Shown piece by piece: positions 34,958-44,520 of a stretch of DNA of 64,000 nucleotides. The notes below the pieces were generated by a model. The model was given only the letters and a program-made list of their open reading frames with translations. It searched no databases and had not been told where the DNA came from. Every line of letters starts with the position of its first letter. Position 1 is the stretch's first letter. The translations under genes were made by a program, and so were the position numbers. Source of the stretch: Cyanobium sp. E1_MAG_00006 (GTDB lineage: Bacteria > Cyanobacteriota > Cyanobacteriia > PCC-6307 > Cyanobiaceae). The stretch lies in the NCBI GenBank assembly GCA_027488975.1, contig JAIYAQ010000021.1, forward strand, positions 12,455-76,454, given 5' to 3'.

Positions 34958-35038
34958 ATGGCCGCAACCCTCTCCCTGCTCAGCGGTTTCTGCCTGCTGG
35001 GCCTGGTGCTGATCCAGCTGCTGTTCACCATTCTCTGA
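34958..35038 (+). CDS. 26-aa single-TM micropeptide (not in ORF track)
   Basis: MAATLSLLSGFCLLGLVLIQLLFTIL*; GGAGG 6 nt upstream; AT-rich promoter-like stretch at 34918-34936. Confidence 0.55.
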   Translation: MAATLSLLSGFCLLGLVLIQLLFTIL

Positions 35039-35045
35039 ACCGCCG

Positions 35046-36812
35046 TCAGGCCCCATCGAAACGGCCGCCAGCGCCACTGCTGGCCAGTGCCACGCCCTCC
35101 TCCTGCATCGCCACCAAGATCCGCCGCAGCAGCTCCCGCTGGGCGGCCCATTGCCCGCCGGCCTTGGTGGTGAGCACGATGCTGAGGTCGATGGCCGTCG
35201 GCGTGACCTGTTTCACTCCGCGCAACCAGGGCGGAGCGAGCAGCTGATCGCTCCAGTGCGGATCGGCGGCAAACACCTCGCATTCACGGGCCAGCAGGGC
35301 CAGGGCCCGCTCAATCTGGGCATGCTGCGGCTCCAGGGGGATCAGCACCTCAATGCCGGAGCGAAGCTTGGTGTGGTTGATCAGCTGCTGCGGCGCGCTG
35401 TTGGCGAACTGCACCGCGCGCTGATCACTGGTGCGCAGCTCCGTCATCAGGATGCCGACATCCACCACCTCGCCAGTCACGCCGTTCACCTCCACCACGT
35501 CGCCAACGGCGTAGTGATCATCAAGCAGCGCAACCAGGCCGGCCACCCCATCACGCAGCAGCCCCTGGAAAGCGATCGCCAGACCACCCAGCAGGGCGCC
35601 TCCAGCCAGCCAGGCGCCGACGGTGAGTTGACGGATCCCCGGAACATCGGCCAACACAAGCACCACCAGCGCCCCGATGCATCCCAGATCGATCAGGCGA
35701 TGGCTGACCTGGCTGAGGTTGAGGTAGCGCTGCTTCCGGCGCGCCCGCTCCGCCAGAGGCACCGCCAGGCTGCTGACCCACTGGCGCAGCACGAACCGCG
35801 CCAGCCAGCGCAGGGCGGCGGCGCACAAGCCGAGCAGAGCGATCTTGAACAGGATCGACAGGGGCTGCATCAGCACCGCAATCGCCACCGGGATCCGGCC
35901 CGGGATGGCGCTGACCAACAGGCCCGCCAGCATCACCAGCTGCGCAAGAACCGCCACAAACAACAGGCGCAGCAGCCACTGAATCCGCCACGGGCGGCTG
36001 AACACCGCTGATCCATCGGGTGCAACCTGATCGCTCTGGCGCTGCAGCTGCCGTCGCAGCCTCGCCCAAAAAGCGACGGTGATGGCGCAGGTGCCCGCCA
36101 GCAGCAGGGCCGAGATCAGCACGATCTTCAGCCGCAGGGCGAGCTGGCTCTCCTGCATGGTGAAGCGGGCATGGCGCAGACGCCGCTGCAGCACCTGCTG
36201 CCAGCGTCGGGCGAGCTGGTCGCGGCTCAGGCCGTGCAATTGCGCATCGGCCTCCGTCACCGTGAGCAGCGGCAGGGGGGCGGAGCGTCCCTTGATCCGG
36301 GCCTGCAGCTGCAGCTGGCCATCGGCTCCGCTGCTCACGGCGACGGCCAGATCCTGGGGTGGGCCGAGGACCGACCAGGGATCACCGCTGCAGAGGCGCT
36401 GGGTGGACGGACCACCCAGAACAAGGCCCTCCAGGATGGCCTCGGCGATCCCCTCACCACCGCTGCAGAGGGTATGGGGCTCGTAGAGCAGGCTGAGATT
36501 GCCTTCAATCACCGCGGCGCGCTGACGCGCATCCGGCGCATCCTCTCCGCGGCTCACCACCGGCGCCGCCACGCTGATGGCCGGAATGCCAAGGATGCGA
36601 ACCGGCGCCACGTCGTAACTCCCAACCGCCTCGATCGGCTCCGCCACGGGGCTGCTGGGTTCAGCTGCGAGCCCTGCGGCGCTCAACAGGGTCAGGCTCA
36701 GCACCAGGAGCCCGAGGCTCCGCTTCAGCCAGCGCAGGAGCCCTGAGCGCGTGCGCCCAGAGTGGTGAGCGGTCCGCCAAGTCACAACGTCTGCAGCGGG
36801 AAACATCCGCAT
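35046..36812 (-). CDS. MscS-family mechanosensitive channel with large periplasmic N-domain
   Basis: GLAIAFQGLLRDGVAG..L....YAVGD.V.....G.V........ELR; start uncertain. Confidence 0.85.
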   Translation of the reverse strand: MRMFPAADVVTWRTAHHSGRTRSGLLRWLKRSLGLLVLSLTLLSAAGLAAEPSSPVAEPIEAVGSYDVAPVRILGIPAISVAAPVVSRGEDAPDARQRAAVIEGNLSLLYEPHTLCSGGEGIAEAILEGLVLGGPSTQRLCSGDPWSVLGPPQDLAVAVSSGADGQLQLQARIKGRSAPLPLLTVTEADAQLHGLSRDQLARRWQQVLQRRLRHARFTMQESQLALRLKIVLISALLLAGTCAITVAFWARLRRQLQRQSDQVAPDGSAVFSRPWRIQWLLRLLFVAVLAQLVMLAGLLVSAIPGRIPVAIAVLMQPLSILFKIALLGLCAAALRWLARFVLRQWVSSLAVPLAERARRKQRYLNLSQVSHRLIDLGCIGALVVLVLADVPGIRQLTVGAWLAGGALLGGLAIAFQGLLRDGVAGLVALLDDHYAVGDVVEVNGVTGEVVDVGILMTELRTSDQRAVQFANSAPQQLINHTKLRSGIEVLIPLEPQHAQIERALALLARECEVFAADPHWSDQLLAPPWLRGVKQVTPTAIDLSIVLTTKAGGQWAAQRELLRRILVAMQEEGVALASSGAGGRFDGA

Positions 36813-36840
36813 GCTGGCGGCAGCTTCAGCGGCAGGCAGC

Positions 36841-36867
36841 AAAAACCCCCGGGGAGAGCCCGAGGGT
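36841..36867 (-). terminator. intrinsic terminator on the minus strand, just upstream of mscS
   Basis: 9-bp stem whose only mismatch becomes a G-U pair on the minus strand, 5-nt loop, then a U-run. Confidence 0.7.
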
Positions 36868-36880
36868 CATGCTGTTTCAA

Positions 36881-36990
36881 CTGAGCGTGAAGCCTGAAGC
36901 TGGTCTTTGAAGCGTGAAGCTTGAAGCTGGACTGTGAAGCTGAACGTTGAACCTTGATTCTGTGGATTGCGTGGTTTGTTGATCGTTGTT
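36881..36990 (-). ncRNA. candidate repeat-rich sRNA or attenuator leader
   Basis: six NTGAAGC heptamers plus degenerate copies (36887-36960), A/C-rich 5' part, no in-frame ATG, ends at a terminator. Confidence 0.4.
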
Positions 36991-37408
36991 ATGAACGTTG
37001 CCCGTTGGTCGGGCGTGTCGACCGGGGCGAAGCGGCTGGCGGTGGCGCCTGGGGCCAAGCGATCCTGGGGGCGGGCGGGGTCAGCTCCGGGGCGCCTCAG
37101 GCGGTGCGGATGGAGCCTCGACAGTTCAGACGTCCCAACACAGTGTCCGAACCGACGAGCCGCCCATGGTTGGGTGAAGACTGTTGGAGCAGGGCCCTTG
37201 AGTCAGCGTGCTTCTGGCCGGTGGCGGGGTGGCGTGTCGTCCATCGGGGACGCCTCCGTGTTCGTTGCACTCACCATCGCTCCGCGAGCGCACGCGCACA
37301 ATCGGCCATTACACGCATTGCAGCGCCGCGCCAGCGGCATGAGGATGGACTGTCTGGGCGCTCTTCACCCCGTTTCCAATAGGCTCAGGCCCGCAGCGCT
37401 TCGCTCCC

Positions 37409-37624
37409 TTGCCCCAGCCCGCGTTCCAGTACGAGCCGCTTGAGAAGTTCGGCGAAGGGCTCACCACGCGCCGCCCCTGGAACACGGAAGCCCTGGCAGG
37501 GGTGGAGCGCCTCAATGGCCGCGTGGCGATGCTCGGCTTCGCCGCAGCCCTGATCGGCGAATGGCTCACCGGCCATGGCCCTGCGGGCCAGCTGCTGGCG
37601 GTGCTGCGCTGGTATCTGAGCTGA
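37409..37624 (+). CDS. hli: high-light-inducible protein (HLIP)
   Basis: ERLNGRVAMLGF chlorophyll-binding motif. Confidence 0.9.
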   Translation: MPQPAFQYEPLEKFGEGLTTRRPWNTEALAGVERLNGRVAMLGFAAALIGEWLTGHGPAGQLLAVLRWYLS

Positions 37625-37678
37625 GGCCAAAGGCGGCGCCGCTGTGCACAATCCGGGCAGAGCGTCATCGATCGCCCC

Positions 37679-38226
37679 ATGTCCCTGCGCAACCGCCTGA
37701 CGGCCGCTGCCGCCCTCACCGCCCTTGGGCTCACGGCCGCCAGTACCAGGTGATGACCAACAGCCCTGTGTACAGCGAGCAGCTCAAGCTCAACGCCTTC
37801 TGGAGCACCAAGGACCGCACCCATGAACTGCCAGGGTCGATCCAGTCGCCGGATCGCTTCGTGCGCGGCTCCTTATACCTGGAGCAGCTCCCCCCCACCA
37901 GCGATCCCCGCCAGGCCCTGGCCGGGGTGATGAGCGTGATGCGCAACATCTCGGTGCCCTGGGGCACGCCGGATCCTGAGCATCCGAACATCTCGCCCAC
38001 CTGGTGGCGCATCCTGATCGATCAGAAAAAACGGGTGTATTACTTCGATTCAGCCCTCTCCCCGCAGATGGTCTGGCTGAACCTCAACCAGATCGATCTG
38101 GGCCCCGGCAGCGGCGTGCGTGCCATCAAGATCGAGGGCAACGACACGCTCCAGGGCAACGTGACCCGCCAGTTGCAACCGGCGCCGGCCATCCGCTTCC
38201 TGGCACCGAAGGGAGCGCCGGGCTGA
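37679..38226 (+). pseudogene. choloylglycine hydrolase/penicillin V acylase (Ntn) pseudogene with internal deletion
   Basis: signal peptide MSLRNRLTAAAALTALGLTAA ends at a stop (37751-37753); the other frame gives HGRQYQVMTNSP...LPG...DRF.R...NISVPWG...NISPT.W (C-terminal half only, no catalytic Cys1). Confidence 0.8.
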
Positions 38227-38334
38227 TCACCAGCGCAGCATCCGGATCCAGAACCACCAGAGGAGCGCCACCGGCAACATCGCCAACAGCAGCACTTCCA
38301 GGCTCTGGATCTGCTCAGAGGTCAACACAATCAC
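38227..38334 (-). CDS. 32-35-aa single-TM micropeptide (not in ORF track)
   Basis: (VIV)LTSEQIQSLEVLLLAMLPVALLWWFWIRMLRW*; GTG/TTG starts. Confidence 0.5.
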   Translation of the reverse strand: MIVLTSEQIQSLEVLLLAMLPVALLWWFWIRMLRW

Positions 38335-38411
38335 ACAGGTCCGTAGCGATCCGCACATCCTCGCCTAGGCACTGATCACCAGGCTTCGAAGAGATTCAAC
38401 ACCTGGATCCC

Positions 38412-38696
38412 ATGGCCAACTACACCATCCAGATCGAAGCGGGCAGCAGCTTCACCTGCAGCGAAGACACCTACATCCTCGATGCGGCCGAGGATCAGGG
38501 TATCGACCTGCCCTATTCCTGCCGGGCCGGCGCCTGCAGCACCTGTGCGGCACAACTGGTGAGCGGCAATGTGGATCAGGCTGATCAATCCTTCCTTGAC
38601 GACGACCAGATGAGCCAGGGCTACGCCCTGCTCTGCGTGAGCTATCCCCAGTCGGACTGCACCATTCGGACCGGGGTGGAAGAGGAGCTTCTCTGA
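38412..38696 (+). CDS. petF: plant-type 2Fe-2S ferredoxin (PetF paralog)
   Basis: [23 protein letters not shown]...DQSFLDDDQ...LLCV.YP.SD. Confidence 0.93.
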   Translation: MANYTIQIEAGSSFTCSEDTYILDAAEDQGIDLPYSCRAGACSTCAAQLVSGNVDQADQSFLDDDQMSQGYALLCVSYPQSDCTIRTGVEEELL

Positions 38697-38706
38697 GCCC
38701 CCCTCA

Positions 38707-39129
38707 TCAGCGGCTGATGTCGGCGTGCAGCAGGTTCATCACGCTGAGGATCTGGTCAGCCAGTGCAGCATCCAGCTCAAGCACCGTTGCCAGGTTGTCG
38801 AGGATGTTCCGCTCGTCAGCCTGGAGGTGGCCATCGGATCGCATGATTTCCGCCGCCACGGCATAAGCGGTGCTGCGCTGTTCCGGGCTGAGCACGGCAG
38901 CCGCTTCCACCATCAAGTGCTGGGCCCCGATCTTCTGCAGGCGGCTCAGCAGCTGGTCCATCAGCTTCACCATGCGCTCACTGCCGTACTCGGCAAACGG
39001 CTGGCGGTAGTCGAGGGAATGGCGCAGCGCCCGCGAACCGGCCGGAGTGAGCACCCCATCCCAGGAGACGGCAGCGAGGGCGATGGCCGCGAACGCGGAT
39101 GGCGCATCGAGATCAGTGGCGATGGTCAT
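38707..39129 (-). CDS. TerB-family protein
   Basis: A.S.DG, AYAVAAEIMRSDG.L...E..IL..LA..L. Confidence 0.75.
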   Translation of the reverse strand: MTIATDLDAPSAFAAIALAAVSWDGVLTPAGSRALRHSLDYRQPFAEYGSERMVKLMDQLLSRLQKIGAQHLMVEAAAVLSPEQRSTAYAVAAEIMRSDGHLQADERNILDNLATVLELDAALADQILSVMNLLHADISR

Positions 39130-39406
39130 GACCAGCCTCGGCAGACATCAACAGGGCTTCGCCAGCCTCATGCAGCTGCTGCACGGCCCAGCCATGGTTG
39201 AGCAGATGCCGCGCGAACAGGGTGGCCTGGCTGCGCCCAGGGAACTGCATGCGCTCAATCACACAGTCCGGCAGCCGATCGGGATGATCGGTGGTGTGAA
39301 TGGCTTCCAGACCGTCGGCACTTCTGCGCTCGAAGTGCCAGTGGCCGCGATAGGGAGCTTTTTCGTTCTGAAGCGTGAGCAAAGACAAGGGAAGCGAACA
39401 GGCCAT
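39113..39406 (-). CDS. hypothetical protein
   Basis: ORF overlapping the terB start, plausible composition; start uncertain. Confidence 0.45.
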   Translation of the reverse strand: MACSLPLSLLTLQNEKAPYRGHWHFERRSADGLEAIHTTDHPDRLPDCVIERMQFPGRSQATLFARHLLNHGWAVQQLHEAGEALLMSAEAGHDHRH

Positions 39407-39594
39407 GGCCACCCGTTTACAGCGAACGGTGTTGCGTCAGGAATCAGTCGACAACCGCGGCAGACCCTGATCTGCCGCCAATGCGACAGGACGGGTAAAA
39501 CTTATTGCGCTTGCGCCGTGATCCGCTGAGAATCAGCACATGCGCCCCAGTGCCGGCAGGCGCCACCCGTCGTCACCCCTGCATGCCCAATTCG

Positions 39595-39608
39595 GTAGCC
39601 ATGCTGAC
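39595..39608 (+). promoter_or_regulatory. imperfect NtcA-like site upstream of glnN
   Basis: GTA-GCCATGCT-GAC; no canonical TAN3T 21-23 nt downstream. Confidence 0.3.
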
Positions 39609-39660
39609 AACGCAAGGGGGTGGCCGGCGAGTTGGGTGACCCTAACCAGACCCTTTCAGC

Positions 39661-41829
39661 ATGCCCTCTCCCGCACGCCTCCAGGCCATCAGCACGATCC
39701 TGCAGCGCCAGGCGGTCAGCGTTGAACCCACAGCGCCACTGAGCGAGCTGTGGGGCTGCAATGTCTTCAGCCTCGACACGATGAAATCGGCTCTGCCCAA
39801 GGCCGTGTTCAAGTCGATCGAGCGTTCGATCCGTGAAGGCAGCAAGCTCGAGAGCTCGGTGGCCGATGTGGTGGCTCAGGCGATGAAGGACTGGGCCACC
39901 AGCCGCGGCGCCTTGTATTACGCCCACGTTTTCTATCCGCTCACCAACCTCACCGCCGAGAAGCACGACGGCTTCATCTCACCCCAGAGAGATGGCAAGG
40001 CGATCACCGAGTTCACCGGCAAGCTGCTGGTGCAGGGTGAGCCGGATGGCTCCTCCTTCCCCAACGGCGGCCTGCGCACCACCTTCGAGGCCCGCGGCTA
40101 CACCGCCTGGGATGTCACCAGCCCGGCCTGGCTGATGGAGACGCCCAACGGCGTCACCCTCTGCATCCCCACCGTGTTCGTGAGCTGGACCGGAGAGGCG
40201 CTCGACAAGAAGACACCCCTGCTGCGCTCCAACTCGGCCATGAACGCCCAGGCGCAGCGGCTGCTGCGCCTGCTCGGCGAAACCAAGATCGCTCCGGTGA
40301 ATTCCAGCTGCGGTGCCGAGCAGGAGTATTTCCTGGTGGATGCGGCGTTCACGGCACTGCGCAGTGATCTGCAGCTCTCCGGCCGCACCCTGTTCGGTGC
40401 GGCTCCGGCCAAGGGGCAGCAGTTCGACGACCACTACTTCGGCGCCATCCCCGAGCGGGTGCAGGTGTTCATGCAGGACGTGGAAACCCAGCTCTACAAG
40501 CTGGGCGTCCCCGCCAAGACCCGCCACAACGAAGTGGCGCCCGGTCAGTTCGAGATCGCCCCCTACTTCGAGGCTGCCAACGTCGCCACCGACCACCAGC
40601 AGCTGACGATGACCGTGCTCAAGACCACGGCCAAGAAGCACGGCTTCACCTGCCTGCTGCACGAGAAGCCGTTCGCCGGCGTCAACGGCAGCGGCAAGCA
40701 CGTGAACTGGTCGATCGGCAACAGCACCCAGGGCAACCTGCTGGATCCGGGCAACACACCCCACGCCAACCTGCAGTTCCTGCTGTTCTGTGGCGCGATC
40801 ATCCGCGGCGTGCACCGCTTCGGACCGCTGATGCGGGCCGCCATCGCCACCGCCAGCAACGACCACCGGCTCGGCGCCAATGAAGCGCCGCCGGCGATCA
40901 TCTCGGTGTACCTCGGCAGTCAGCTGGAGGATGTGTTCAACCAGATTCGCAGCGGCCGGCTGGAGGGTTCCGCCCAGGCGGCACTGATGTCGCTCGGCGT
41001 CGACACGCTGCCGGATCTCAACAAGGATCCCGGCGACCGCAACCGCACCTCCCCCTTCGCCTTCACCGGCAACCGCTTCGAGTTCCGCGCTGTCGGCTCG
41101 GGCCAGTCGGTGGCCGGCCCCCTGGTGGTGCTGAACACGATCCTGGCCGATTCGCTGCAGTGGATCAGCGATCAGCTGGAGCCGATGCTCGCCGGCGGCC
41201 AGCCGCTGGAGGAGGCCGCCTTCGCGGTGCTGCGGCAGACCATGGAGAACCACGGCGCCGTGGTGTTCGGCGGCGACGGCTACTCCAGCGAATGGCATCG
41301 CATCGCCGTGGAGGAGCGGGGCCTGGAAAACCTGCGCACCAGCGCCGATGCCCTGCCGGTGCTCGAGCGGCAGGAGATCCGCGATCTGTTCCAGCGCCAG
41401 GGGGTGCTCAGCGCGGTGGAACTGCAGAGCCGCTACGAGGTGTACACCGAGCAGTACGTCCAGGCGATCGAGGTGGAGGCCCGTCTGGTGCTGCGAATCG
41501 CCCGCACCCAGATCTATCCGGTGGTGATGGATGTGCTCGAGCGCCTCAGCCGCTCCCTGAAGGATCAGGAACTGCTTGGGCTCTCGCCGGATCGCTCCCT
41601 GGCCAGCAGCGTGGCCAACCTCAACCAGGCGCTGATCAGCCAGTGCGGCGCCCTCGAGGCGGCGATCAACAACCCTCCCCACGACAGCCAGGGCCACCTG
41701 CGCCACTGCGCCGATGTGCTGCTGCCCCTGATGGGCGATGTGCGAGCCGCCGTCGATGGCCTGGAAACCCTGGTCGACGAGGCCTCCTGGCCGCTGCCCA
41801 CCTACCAGGAGCTGCTGTTCGTGCGCTGA
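39661..41829 (+). CDS. glnN: glutamine synthetase type III
   Basis: [81 protein letters not shown]. Confidence 0.96.
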   Translation: MPSPARLQAISTILQRQAVSVEPTAPLSELWGCNVFSLDTMKSALPKAVFKSIERSIREGSKLESSVADVVAQAMKDWATSRGALYYAHVFYPLTNLTAEKHDGFISPQRDGKAITEFTGKLLVQGEPDGSSFPNGGLRTTFEARGYTAWDVTSPAWLMETPNGVTLCIPTVFVSWTGEALDKKTPLLRSNSAMNAQAQRLLRLLGETKIAPVNSSCGAEQEYFLVDAAFTALRSDLQLSGRTLFGAAPAKGQQFDDHYFGAIPERVQVFMQDVETQLYKLGVPAKTRHNEVAPGQFEIAPYFEAANVATDHQQLTMTVLKTTAKKHGFTCLLHEKPFAGVNGSGKHVNWSIGNSTQGNLLDPGNTPHANLQFLLFCGAIIRGVHRFGPLMRAAIATASNDHRLGANEAPPAIISVYLGSQLEDVFNQIRSGRLEGSAQAALMSLGVDTLPDLNKDPGDRNRTSPFAFTGNRFEFRAVGSGQSVAGPLVVLNTILADSLQWISDQLEPMLAGGQPLEEAAFAVLRQTMENHGAVVFGGDGYSSEWHRIAVEERGLENLRTSADALPVLERQEIRDLFQRQGVLSAVELQSRYEVYTEQYVQAIEVEARLVLRIARTQIYPVVMDVLERLSRSLKDQELLGLSPDRSLASSVANLNQALISQCGALEAAINNPPHDSQGHLRHCADVLLPLMGDVRAAVDGLETLVDEASWPLPTYQELLFVR

Positions 41830-41836
41830 AGCCGCT

Positions 41837-41861
41837 CCCCCGGCGCCAACCGCGCCGGGGG
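41837..41861 (+). terminator. GC-rich hairpin after glnN
   Basis: perfect 10-bp stem CCCCCGGCGC-CAACC-GCGCCGGGGG; weak U-tract. Confidence 0.5.
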
Positions 41862-41910
41862 GCCCATTTGTGGCTAGGCAGGGAACTCAGCTCCGCCTGG
41901 AGGGTGCCGT

Positions 41911-42591
41911 GTGGCCGTTGGCTTCTGCCTCAATGCATCGTCGTTGACCTGCCAGGTGGCGATCAGCGCAGGGGTGCTGAGCGGCACGGTTCTGCTCCAG
42001 CCAGCGGCGTGCCTGGCCGCCGCCCCTGCCGATGGAACGCAGACCTGGCCGATGGGCCGTGGCATGCACGGCATGGCCCCCGCCGATCAGCGCTTCATCG
42101 TGATGATGCTTCCCCATCACGATGGCGCCATCGCGATGGCGGAACTGGCCCGCACCAGGGCCAGGCGTGCCGAGATCAAGGCGCTGGCCCAACAGATCGA
42201 AACCAGTCAGCGCGCGGAGAATGCCCAGATGCGCCGCTGGTGGCAGCAGTGGTATGGCGGTGAGGTGCCCATCCCCGCCGGAGCGACACAGGCCGCCATG
42301 CCGGGAATGGGGAGGGTGGCAGGGTCCCGCTCAGGCATGGCCTCCAGCCTGGAGGAGCTGAAGCGGGCCAGCGATTTCGATCGCGCCTTCATCGAGCAGA
42401 TGATTCCGCATCACCGCATGGGCGTGATGATGGCCTCCCATGCGCAATGGAACACCCGGCATGCCGAGCTGCGCGCGCTGCAGGCCGCCATGGTGAGCGC
42501 CCAGAGCCGGGAGATCCGGCAGATGGAGCAGTGGTATCTGCAGTGGTACGGCGCCTCAGCGCCCGGAACCGCTCAGCCGCTGCCGCAGTGA
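41911..42591 (+). CDS. DUF305 (CopM-like) Met/His-rich exported protein
   Basis: two repeats F...M..HH..A/G..MA...Q..E...M..W. Confidence 0.88.
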   Translation: MAVGFCLNASSLTCQVAISAGVLSGTVLLQPAACLAAAPADGTQTWPMGRGMHGMAPADQRFIVMMLPHHDGAIAMAELARTRARRAEIKALAQQIETSQRAENAQMRRWWQQWYGGEVPIPAGATQAAMPGMGRVAGSRSGMASSLEELKRASDFDRAFIEQMIPHHRMGVMMASHAQWNTRHAELRALQAAMVSAQSREIRQMEQWYLQWYGASAPGTAQPLPQ

Positions 42592-42753
42592 GGCCAGCAG
42601 GCGCTGCAGGGGATGGAGCCGACTGCGGGCCTCGCTCTCGCGACGGGCATCGGCACAGGTGGAGCAGAGCACCTGGCCGCTCATCCGGCGGTAGTGCTGA
42701 GCCGATCGCTCGATGAAGGTGCCGCAGCCCTTGCAGGGAAAGATCGGACTCAT
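42556..42753 (-). CDS. small CxxC...CxxC zinc-ribbon-like protein
   Basis: MSPIFPCKGCGTFIE...VLCSTC. Confidence 0.6.
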   Translation of the reverse strand: MSPIFPCKGCGTFIERSAQHYRRMSGQVLCSTCADARRESEARSRLHPLQRLLASLRQRLSGSGR

Positions 42754-42853
42754 CGACAATGTAAAAACATTGGCATAGTCCAGGCGACTCCCACCGGACT
42801 GCCGCCATTGGCACCGCAATTGGCACCGTCCTCGGCACAGCGGCGGGCTCTGT

Positions 42854-43057
42854 TCAGGAGTTCGGCTGCACGGCCAGCCGATCGGCCAGGGCCAGGCACT
42901 GATCCATCTCCTGCCAGAGCAGATCCCGACGTTCCGGCGTGACGGCGAAGGAGCGGTGATGCAGGTCCCGGCCGAGGTAGCGCAGGGCATCGCAGATCCG
43001 ACGACGGTCGTCGGCGCTGAGCTCAGCGGCAGATTCCACAGCGGGGTCGGCACTCAT
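42854..43057 (-). CDS. small helical hypothetical protein
   Basis: MSADPA...RRRICDALRYLGRDLHHRSF..., GC3-rich. Confidence 0.65.
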   Translation of the reverse strand: MSADPAVESAAELSADDRRRICDALRYLGRDLHHRSFAVTPERRDLLWQEMDQCLALADRLAVQPNS

Positions 43058-43175
43058 GAACAGATCCTGTCGCAGCGGGGTTGTGCTGAGGCTTGCGGCG
43101 GTGCGGAGGTGGCGCTGCGCAGAGGAAAGCCTGATGCTGATGGCATTGGTGAGCGCCAAGCAACACTGCCGTTCA

Positions 43176-44027
43176 ATGGCCCAGCAGAACCACGAATCCA
43201 GCGCCGGTTACGGCACCCTGCTCGCCCTGCTGGCCCTGGGCTTTGTGCTGGCCTATTGGAAGCTGTTCCTGGCCGTGGGGCTCGTGGGGCTGTGCATCAT
43301 CGGCCTGGCCTACGCGGTTCTGCGGCAGAACCAGCAGCAGCTCAGGGCCTTGGTGAGCACGGCGGAGCGGCGTGTCCGCAACGACCCCTGCCAGGTGCGG
43401 GGACAGTTCGGCGTGATCCAGTCGCTCACCCTGGCGGGCGACCTGCAGTATCCCCGGATCGATGTGCGGTGCCAGACGATCGGCTCCCGGCACGACCGTC
43501 TCGTGACCGACGCGATACGCATCAGCCTCAGCCCGCCGGCGGAGCGCTTGCAACTGCGTTCAACCGGCGGAGCGGCCAGCTGGCTGCGGGCCGGTGGCAT
43601 CACCCGGCTGGAGGATCTCTCCGTGGAGGCCAGGGCCGTCAGGGCCGCCATGGACTGTCTGCGGGAGCGGGAGTGGACCGGCGGAGCGCTGGCCCAGCTG
43701 GATGAACTACGCGGCTCAGTGATCGACACCCTGGCCAAAGCCGAGGGCAACGAGCTGCTGCAAGCGGCCATCCCGCAGCTGCAGCAAGCCCTGGTCGCCT
43801 TCAACACGGAGCGGGACAAGCTGCAGGAGGCCAACCACAGCGCCGGCGAGATGCTGCGCAAGCTGCACGACTTTCTCAGCGTCCCCGATGGCATCCGGCC
43901 GATCCTGAACTTTGATCTCGATCAGGTCTTTGATCCCCAGCGCCTCACCGCACTGGAACAGTCGTTCGCCGAGGTGGTGCTGCTGAACGACACCTTCCGT
44001 GAACTCTCCAGGGACGCGCTGGGCTGA
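43176..44027 (+). CDS. membrane-anchored hypothetical protein
   Basis: N-terminal TM hairpin, C-terminal coiled/helical region. Confidence 0.7.
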   Translation: MAQQNHESSAGYGTLLALLALGFVLAYWKLFLAVGLVGLCIIGLAYAVLRQNQQQLRALVSTAERRVRNDPCQVRGQFGVIQSLTLAGDLQYPRIDVRCQTIGSRHDRLVTDAIRISLSPPAERLQLRSTGGAASWLRAGGITRLEDLSVEARAVRAAMDCLREREWTGGALAQLDELRGSVIDTLAKAEGNELLQAAIPQLQQALVAFNTERDKLQEANHSAGEMLRKLHDFLSVPDGIRPILNFDLDQVFDPQRLTALEQSFAEVVLLNDTFRELSRDALG

Positions 44028-44030
44028 GGG

Positions 44031-44294
44031 TCAGGCCGCCTGGTGTCGATCACTCACCAGAGCACCGGTGCAGGCCACGGGCAACAGGCTGGAGCGGCCA
44101 GCGCAATACCAGGCTTCAACCAGTGCCTTGCTGGAGCGGGGCATCAGCTCTCCGGCCAGGATCCAGAGCTCGTCATGGAGCACCTGGGTCTGATCCGGCA
44201 TTCCCACATACCAGGGGGTCTGCAGATCCACTGACAACTCCTCATGGAGGAGCAGCAATCCCTCGAGAACGCAGGAGGCGAGATCGGGTGTCAT
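44031..44294 (-). CDS. hypothetical protein
   Basis: MTPDLASCVLEGLLLLHEELSVDLQTPWYVGM... Confidence 0.5.
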   Translation of the reverse strand: MTPDLASCVLEGLLLLHEELSVDLQTPWYVGMPDQTQVLHDELWILAGELMPRSSKALVEAWYCAGRSSLLPVACTGALVSDRHQAA

Positions 44295-44360
44295 CGCAAC
44301 GGAAGAATCACCATCCACGCACACCACGGGGACCGGCAGCAAGGGCGCGATCTCAAAAAA

Positions 44361-44432
44361 TGGGTCGTCTGAGATTCGAACTCAGGACCAATCGGTTAAA
44401 AGCCGAGTGCTCTACCGCTGAGCTAACGACCC
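44361..44432 (-). tRNA. trnK: tRNA-Lys (anticodon UUU)
   Basis: GGGTCGTTAGCTCAGCGGTAGAGCACTCGGC-TTT-TAACCGATTGGTCCTGAGTTCGAATCTCAGACGACCCA: cloverleaf, T-loop TTCGAAT, no encoded CCA. Confidence 0.97.
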
Positions 44433-44520
44433 GCCCGGCCCAAGCAGGGCACGGCGGTGGCCCTTGCGGGCACCACGTGAACGTATCACCCGGGAGGGTC
44501 GTGCACCAACCAGGCCGAGG

